This document shows, in pieces, positions 14,404-18,984 of a DNA stretch of 18,984 bases. The DNA is from a virus. Position numbers and translations under genes: made by a program. The number at the start of each line of letters is the position of its first letter. Positions within the stretch are counted from its first letter, which is position 1. The notes under the pieces are model-generated. The model did not search any database, had not been told where the DNA came from, and saw only the letters and a program-made list of their open reading frames with translations. Location: the IMG/VR virus record IMGVR_UViG_3300044857_000116; one strand, 5' to 3'.

Positions 14404-15695
14404 TGTCAAATCAAAGCATGTATGCCATGTACGTTATAGGAAAGGTAGAAAGCAATCACAATTGGGCTTCCGTGAACACCACTGATCCCATAACGTTCGG
14501 GATGATGCAATGGTTCGGCACGAGAGCCTATGGTCTTCTGGTGCTATGCTCTCAGAGGGATGCAGAGGGGTGGGCGGCATTCAAGGCCGCCGCCCCCGCA
14601 CTCGGCGCGCACGTCGAGAACAACGACGTGAATTGGCCCACATATTACACGAACGCGGCAGAGGAGAACGCTTGGAGACAGTGGGCCACTCGTGATCTCA
14701 ACCACGCGGCACAACAGGAGCAATGGGAGACGGATTATGTCACGTATTCCAAACAGTGCGACAGTATCGGTATTCCATCAGAAAACATGCAGGTACGCAT
14801 ACTGTTTATGACAGCATACCATCAGGGGCCAAAATACGCTCTGAGAGTGATACGATCCGTAGGCGTTATGAGCACGTTGGATAGATTGCATGACGGATTG
14901 TTGGCGGACGGAGTATTGGGAAGATACCGCAACCGCTACAATACGGCATACGATCTGCTGAAAACATGGGATGGACAGAGCGCACCACCCGACTTCGGGC
15001 AGTCAGGCGGAGGAGAAACTCAACCCGACCACGGCGGAGACACCGCCCCCTCGGTACAGCCGACACCCGACAAGCCGGTCATGGTTACCGTGTTCGGGAA
15101 TGATCTCGTATACAACGAGAATGGCACTAAAAAGCGTCTATACAAAACGTCCGCACAATCATGGCAGGGCGGCACGATAACAGGGCAGACCATAGCAGGC
15201 GGAGGAACAGGCGGCGGACAGAGCACAGGAGGAGGCGACAGTAGCGGCAACGCTTCTGGGGATGCGGCCAAAGTGCTTAAATGGATCAGTGACCGCATGG
15301 GAAAATTCAACTATTCACAAGGGCCGGGCCGACTCAACCCCGACGCGACAGGATACACGGACTGTTCGGGATTGATATGGTCTGCATACCATTTCGCCAT
15401 AGGCAAAGACATAGGGACATGGACGGGAACGGAACAGTCCCTAGGCACCGAAGTTGCCAACTCGTCCACAAGCTCCGTTGCAGACGCTATAGCCAAGGTC
15501 AAGGCGGCCGATATTCTCGTCATAGACTGGGCACGTAATGGCGTGACTGGGGACTATGACCATGAGGAAATATTCACCGGAGATGGAAGCGGCCACCTAT
15601 ATTCACACGGCGGCCCCGGCAAGGGGCCATCAGAACGACAGTTCACCGATCAAGCCCCCGCAATGGTACGCTGGAAGATACGGAGACACTTATAG
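14403..15695 (+). CDS. Tail-associated peptidoglycan hydrolase (gp13 position): lysozyme-like N-domain, Gly-rich linker, NlpC/P60-type C-domain
   Basis: The N-terminus has GKVESNHNW...FGMMQWF (compare recalled gp13 GNMQSEST..GLVQWT). The linker is GGGTGGGQSTGGGDSSG. The C-terminus has GYTDCSGLIWSAY...HEEIF...SHGG, a Cys/His peptidase pattern. The ATG overlaps the upstream TAA (TAATG). Confidence 0.8.
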   Translation: MSNQSMYAMYVIGKVESNHNWASVNTTDPITFGMMQWFGTRAYGLLVLCSQRDAEGWAAFKAAAPALGAHVENNDVNWPTYYTNAAEENAWRQWATRDLNHAAQQEQWETDYVTYSKQCDSIGIPSENMQVRILFMTAYHQGPKYALRVIRSVGVMSTLDRLHDGLLADGVLGRYRNRYNTAYDLLKTWDGQSAPPDFGQSGGGETQPDHGGDTAPSVQPTPDKPVMVTVFGNDLVYNENGTKKRLYKTSAQSWQGGTITGQTIAGGGTGGGQSTGGGDSSGNASGDAAKVLKWISDRMGKFNYSQGPGRLNPDATGYTDCSGLIWSAYHFAIGKDIGTWTGTEQSLGTEVANSSTSSVADAIAKVKAADILVIDWARNGVTGDYDHEEIFTGDGSGHLYSHGGPGKGPSERQFTDQAPAMVRWKIRRHL

Positions 15696-15706
15696 GAGAT
15701 GATGAT

Positions 15707-16777
15707 ATGGCGGCAAAAGGCAAGAACGGAATGCTCACCGAGGCGGACTATTACGACGGGCATGACATTCTCTCGGTAAACGCTATGTGGAATTTCATAC
15801 TGGGCGCTAGAGGACTGGGAAAGACATACTGGGCGCTCCGGTTCGTCATACGCAAATACATCAATAACGGAGAACAATTCATCTACCTCAGGCGCACCGA
15901 GGAAGAGGTGAAAAAGGTTCGCACGAAACTGTTCGACGACATGAAAACAGTGTTTCCCGCGTACGCTTTCCGAGTGGAGGGCATGGATCTACAGATATGC
16001 CGCAATCCCAAGGCATCCAAGAAAGAGATTGTTTGGGAGAACATGGGAGCGATCATGGCCCTCAGCACATCAGGCGGCCTCAAATCAATACCATACCCGC
16101 ATGTCAACTGGATACTGTTCGAAGAGATATTCCCCAACAAGGGCGGCCAAGGATATCTGCCTAATGAGACGGAGCAGTTTCAGGAACTCTACAGTACCAT
16201 AGATCGCTGGCATGATAGAGTCAGGCTCATAGCACTATCCAACGCAGTATCATTGTCTAACCCGTATTTCGCCATCTATGGGTTGGAAGTGGAAAATCAG
16301 CGGACAACAGTACGCAAATACGCCAACGGATATATCGCCGTGGAAATGGCCGACTACAAAGGCTTCAGCTCCAAGGTCAAAGAGACCAGGTTCGGACAGT
16401 TCATATCTAATCAGGAATACGCCAAGTATGCTATGGACAATCAATTCAAGGATGCTGGCGATAACATGCTACGCCCCCTGAGTCGATCCGACGATTCGTA
16501 CAGTTTCACTATTCAGTCAGAAATGGGCGATTTCCGCATATGGTCACATCAGGACATGGTCAGCATGGAATCATATTACACACTATCCGCAAAACATCCA
16601 AAAAACGAACGATGGCGAACCACGATGGCAACGAACGTCACCGAAGACATGCCGCTAATCTCAAAGCGCGACGATATACTTAAACGACTCACCGCCGCAT
16701 ATCGTGGCGGACGATTATTCTTCGAGAGTGCTACGATGAAGAGCATGTTCATTAACATGTTCGGCTCGATGATGTAA
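15707..16777 (+). CDS. DNA encapsidation (packaging) ATPase (phi29 gp16-like)
   Basis: WNFILGARGLGKTYWALRFVIRKYINNGEQFIYLRR parallels recalled gp16 LNFVIGARGIGKSYAMKVYPINRFIKYGEQFIYVRR (Walker A). WILFEE is the Walker B motif. LIALSNAVSLSNPYF parallels CICLSNAVSVVNPYF. Confidence 0.93.
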   Translation: MAAKGKNGMLTEADYYDGHDILSVNAMWNFILGARGLGKTYWALRFVIRKYINNGEQFIYLRRTEEEVKKVRTKLFDDMKTVFPAYAFRVEGMDLQICRNPKASKKEIVWENMGAIMALSTSGGLKSIPYPHVNWILFEEIFPNKGGQGYLPNETEQFQELYSTIDRWHDRVRLIALSNAVSLSNPYFAIYGLEVENQRTTVRKYANGYIAVEMADYKGFSSKVKETRFGQFISNQEYAKYAMDNQFKDAGDNMLRPLSRSDDSYSFTIQSEMGDFRIWSHQDMVSMESYYTLSAKHPKNERWRTTMATNVTEDMPLISKRDDILKRLTAAYRGGRLFFESATMKSMFINMFGSMM

Positions 16778-16785
16778 GGATCAGA

Positions 16786-17250
16786 ATGGTACAGGCAACA
16801 ATCAGAATAGGAGACATCATGTCATTCATAGGACTCAGCGAAGCGGCACGCCAATGGGCAATAGCATTGGTGGCAATATTCATCATCATGGATGTGATAA
16901 GCGGTTTCATCAAAGGAGCCGCGCAACACAATCTCAGTTCGTCGGCAATCAGGCAAGGAATATGGCATAAGGCCGCGTATATTATTCTCATGGCTCTCGC
17001 TGTTCTCATAGACCTCGCTCAAAATCACCTCGATCTAGGATTTAATAAACAGATACTCATACCGCTCTGCATTATGATAATCCTATCAGAGGCAGTATCC
17101 ATAGTGGAGAACGTCATAGCCATATTCCCCGAGCTTAAAGATCAGCCAATACTTAAGCTATTCAACACAAGCGCCGCCGATGACACCATCGTAACACGAT
17201 ACGTCGAAGCAACCAAAAACAACAAAAAGGAAGATGACAGCAATGCCTGA
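16786..17250 (+). CDS. Holin (phage_holin_4 / phi29 gp14-like class)
   Basis: 154 aa with three hydrophobic segments. MDVISGFIKGA....LSSSAIRQGIWHKA and SEAVSIVENV..IFPEL fit the family pattern as I recall it. The C-tail is charged. A second in-frame ATG at 16819 has its own AGGAG. Confidence 0.75.
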   Translation: MVQATIRIGDIMSFIGLSEAARQWAIALVAIFIIMDVISGFIKGAAQHNLSSSAIRQGIWHKAAYIILMALAVLIDLAQNHLDLGFNKQILIPLCIMIILSEAVSIVENVIAIFPELKDQPILKLFNTSAADDTIVTRYVEATKNNKKEDDSNA

Positions 17251-18043
17251 CATACAAACATTCGTCAACAGAATGATATACTGGTGCGCCACCGCGTCAC
17301 TAGGATATGACCAAAACCACAGATGGGACATTCGAGACGGAGGAGCAGCAGACTGTTCGTCACTCGTGATATTCGCCGCACGCGAAGCAGGATTCAATAC
17401 AGGCGACGCAAGCTATACCGGAAACATGCGCGAAGCATTCACTAAAAACGGTTGGACAGTATTACCACCAAACACGCCCAAACAGGCCGGAGACATCCTA
17501 CTCAACGACGTACACCACGTAGCAGTATACCTTGGCAACAATAAAATCGCACAGGCATCCATAGACGAACGAGGCAGAGCATCAGGAGGACGAGAGGGCG
17601 ACCAAAGCAACGAAACAAACATCAGGAACTACTACGACTACCCATGGAACTGCGTACTAAGATACAACGGCATAAACACCACACCCGCACCATCAGACAC
17701 TACGAGGATACATGTAGACGTAGACGGCTATTTTGGCCACCAGCTCGCCAAGGCCCTGCAAACCATTCAAGGAACAAACCCTGACGGCATCATAAGCGGA
17801 CAGTATCGAAACAAGTGGACAACACCAATATCCGCAGTACAATTCGGCACCGGAGGAAGCGACCTCATCGCAAGCATGAGCGCCGAACTAGGCACAACAA
17901 ACGACCCCAGATACATAGGGCCGACATGGGTAGGAAGAATACTCGTCCGCTACAACGGCACAACCGGAAACGGCGTAATCGACAGACCATCAGACGCAAT
18001 AAGAAAAATGCAGGAAAGAATCAACGCAACCGGCAAATGGTGA
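17234..18043 (+). CDS. Endolysin: N-terminal cysteine-peptidase/amidase-type domain plus C-terminal peptidoglycan-binding-like domain
   Basis: GGAADCSSLVIFAAREAGF ... GDILLNDVHHVAVYLG ... GGREGDQSNE resembles the Amidase_5 / NlpC-P60-like phage lysin pattern. VDGYFGHQLAKALQTIQGTNPDGIISG resembles PG_binding_1. It overlaps the holin stop. ATG 17243 has the better SD spacing and may be the true start. Confidence 0.8.
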   Translation: MTAMPDIQTFVNRMIYWCATASLGYDQNHRWDIRDGGAADCSSLVIFAAREAGFNTGDASYTGNMREAFTKNGWTVLPPNTPKQAGDILLNDVHHVAVYLGNNKIAQASIDERGRASGGREGDQSNETNIRNYYDYPWNCVLRYNGINTTPAPSDTTRIHVDVDGYFGHQLAKALQTIQGTNPDGIISGQYRNKWTTPISAVQFGTGGSDLIASMSAELGTTNDPRYIGPTWVGRILVRYNGTTGNGVIDRPSDAIRKMQERINATGKW

Positions 18044-18055
18044 CAAGAAAACACA

Positions 18056-18084
18056 CGGCCCCTCGAAAGAGGGGCTGTTTTTTT
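18056..18084. terminator. Bidirectional rho-independent terminator between the convergent + and - transcription units
   Basis: CGGCCCCTC (18056-18064), a GAAA loop, then GAGGGGCTG (18069-18077), followed by T7 on the + strand. On the - strand the hairpin is followed by GTGTGTTTTC. Confidence 0.8.
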
Positions 18085-18088
18085 ATGG

Positions 18089-18214
18089 CTAAAACAGAGA
18101 CCATACAGAATCAGTAATATGGTCATAAGAAAATGGAGCATTTACATCCCCAACAACAATGCACAAAATTCCATCTACAATATAAGGAAAACTAGTACGA
18201 TCAGAGAAAATCAT
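18089..18214 (-). CDS. Hypothetical small protein, 41 aa
   Basis: Hand-translated from the - strand: MIFSDRTSFPYIVDGILCIVVGDVNAPFSYDHITDSVWSLF, with the stop complement at 18089-18091. Its SD AGGAG is the 3' end of the conserved 15-mer shared with the ITRs (the - strand reads AGGAGGTGATGGTATG), about 8 nt upstream of the ATG. Confidence 0.4.
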   Translation of the reverse strand: MIFSDRTSFPYIVDGILCIVVGDVNAPFSYDHITDSVWSLF

Positions 18215-18222
18215 ACCATCAC

Positions 18223-18237
18223 CTCCTAACATTAACC
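18223..18237 (-). promoter_or_regulatory. Third, internal copy of the ITR-proximal 15-mer GGTTAATGTTAGGAG (SD-containing element)
   Basis: The exact 15-mer also occurs at 153-167 (+) and 18819-18833 (-). Flanking bases are partly similar (GTGTTGTTGGTT in the ITR versus GGTGTTGGTTTGGTTTGG here). Confidence 0.6.
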
Positions 18238-18262
18238 AATCCTTTCCAAACCAAACCAACAC

Positions 18263-18811
18263 CTATTGCACCGAACGCATAGGCACAAGAAGCACTGTTG
18301 TCTTCAGACAACTAACAGTGAACCTCAACGCCTTAAAATTGGGACTCTGTTTGTTGACGCTCATCACCATCGGTACGGGTTTTTTCATGCCCTTGTCATC
18401 AAGGATTTCACATACTGTGATAAGAAGTTCGGGATTTACCACAATGAGATTCGAAAATCCATTCAAGGATATCCTACTATCATCACCATCGCCATAGTTC
18501 GATTCATCGAACAGTCTGTCCAAGTTAGGATAGCTACTTTTGGCTTCATGCCAAGGCATTATAGACCAATCAATGTCAATATTTGACCTCGCATTTCTAA
18601 CAAAAAACTCCAAGTCCTCAATCGTAAGATACTGATTATCCTTGATTCCGTCGAGCTTCTGTTCAATCTTCACAGCGCTAAATCTATCGGTAGCATAGAT
18701 AAAACCATTACAATACCATACATTCACAAGGATGTCATCAGGCATATGCCTACATTTCTTCTCATTCTTTAAAACCTTAACAATACCACGAATATTATTC
18801 TTCTTCATCAT
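18263..18811 (-). CDS. Right-end early protein, 182 aa, with DNA polymerase III beta-clamp-like motifs (tentative)
   Basis: This is the frame of track ORF 18263..18853. The start ATG at 18811 (MMKKNNIRG...) lies 7 nt after the ITR AGGAG. Motifs in clamp order: YATDRFSAV (compare ATDGHRLAV), SSYPNLDRLF (compare GRFPDYRRVLP), VVNPELLITVCEIL, and C-terminal TTVLLVPMRSVQ (compare AYVVMPMRL). Confidence 0.75.
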   Translation of the reverse strand: MMKKNNIRGIVKVLKNEKKCRHMPDDILVNVWYCNGFIYATDRFSAVKIEQKLDGIKDNQYLTIEDLEFFVRNARSNIDIDWSIMPWHEAKSSYPNLDRLFDESNYGDGDDSRISLNGFSNLIVVNPELLITVCEILDDKGMKKPVPMVMSVNKQSPNFKALRFTVSCLKTTVLLVPMRSVQ

Positions 18812-18812
18812 A

Positions 18813-18984
18813 ATCAATCTCCTAACATTAACCACTCCGAACCAACAACACAATCATACCACACAACACACCAAAACACCAAACAAAAAAAAATAAGGCG
18901 ACACACGCGAAAAAAAACTGACACACAAAGGAATAACAAACACAGACGGGGAAAGACAACACACACACACACTTCTCTATCCTT
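18813..18984. repeat. Right inverted terminal repeat (ITR)
   Basis: This is the reverse complement of 1-173, with one fewer base in the homopolymer (A9 at 18885-18893). Confidence 0.95.
18853..18882 (-). promoter_or_regulatory. Candidate early promoter inside the right ITR (mirror copy of 104-133)
   Basis: The complement of TATGAT lies at 18853-18858 and the complement of TTGGTG at 18877-18882. The sequence is identical to the left copy. Confidence 0.45.

Noticed and set aside
18811-18853. Extension of the right-end gene into the ITR (track start at 18853, MCCWFGVVNVRRLI...)
   Set aside because: The extension would be translated from the ITR sequence itself. It starts inside the promoter candidate and has no SD. 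The ATG at 18811 sits at the same distance from the ITR AGGAG as the left-end gene start does.
1-18984. CRISPR arrays, tRNA/rRNA genes, integrase, repressor, transposase or toxin-antitoxin pairs
   Set aside because: I saw no spaced direct repeats, cloverleaf-like segments or recombinase motifs on either strand. A tRNAscan/Infernal run would still be needed for formal exclusion of RNA genes.

Overview
The two ends of the window are inverted copies of each other (173 nt left, 172 nt right). The 18,984 bp therefore look like one complete linear dsDNA genome of a small protein-primed podovirus of the phi29/Cp-1 type. I found no tRNA, CRISPR array, integrase or repressor, which suggests a virulent phage. 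Left to right on the + strand: about nine small early ORFs, including a very acidic 56-aa protein and a small lipoprotein; a p6-like candidate; an SSB-like protein; a basic putative terminal protein; and a phi29-type family-B DNA polymerase (SYDNNSLYP, KLMINAPIGKFG, YADTDS, LRKYE). The late module follows: acidic scaffold, major capsid protein with a C-terminal Big_2-like domain, gp9-like tail knob, gp10-like portal, gp11-like lower collar, two small unknown proteins, beta-helix tail appendage, gp13-like tail lysin, gp16-like packaging ATPase, holin and endolysin. Only two genes, at the right end, are on the - strand. The main points worth a second look are: (1) the ITR carries a promoter and Shine-Dalgarno sequence right up to the start codons of two unrelated terminal genes, and part of it recurs internally; (2) the polymerase N-terminal domain seems to have lost the exonuclease catalytic motifs; (3) the right-end gene has beta-clamp-like motifs; (4) a roughly 1.55-kb low-GC island covers the distal part of the tail fibre, next to an orphan copy of the fibre N-terminal anchor; (5) base skew is mirror-symmetric at the two ends, as expected for strand-displacement replication from both termini; (6) a promoter, hairpin and terminator precede the TP/polymerase genes; (7) it is open whether a packaging RNA exists. 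All homology calls come from reading the translations against remembered family motifs. No database search was run.
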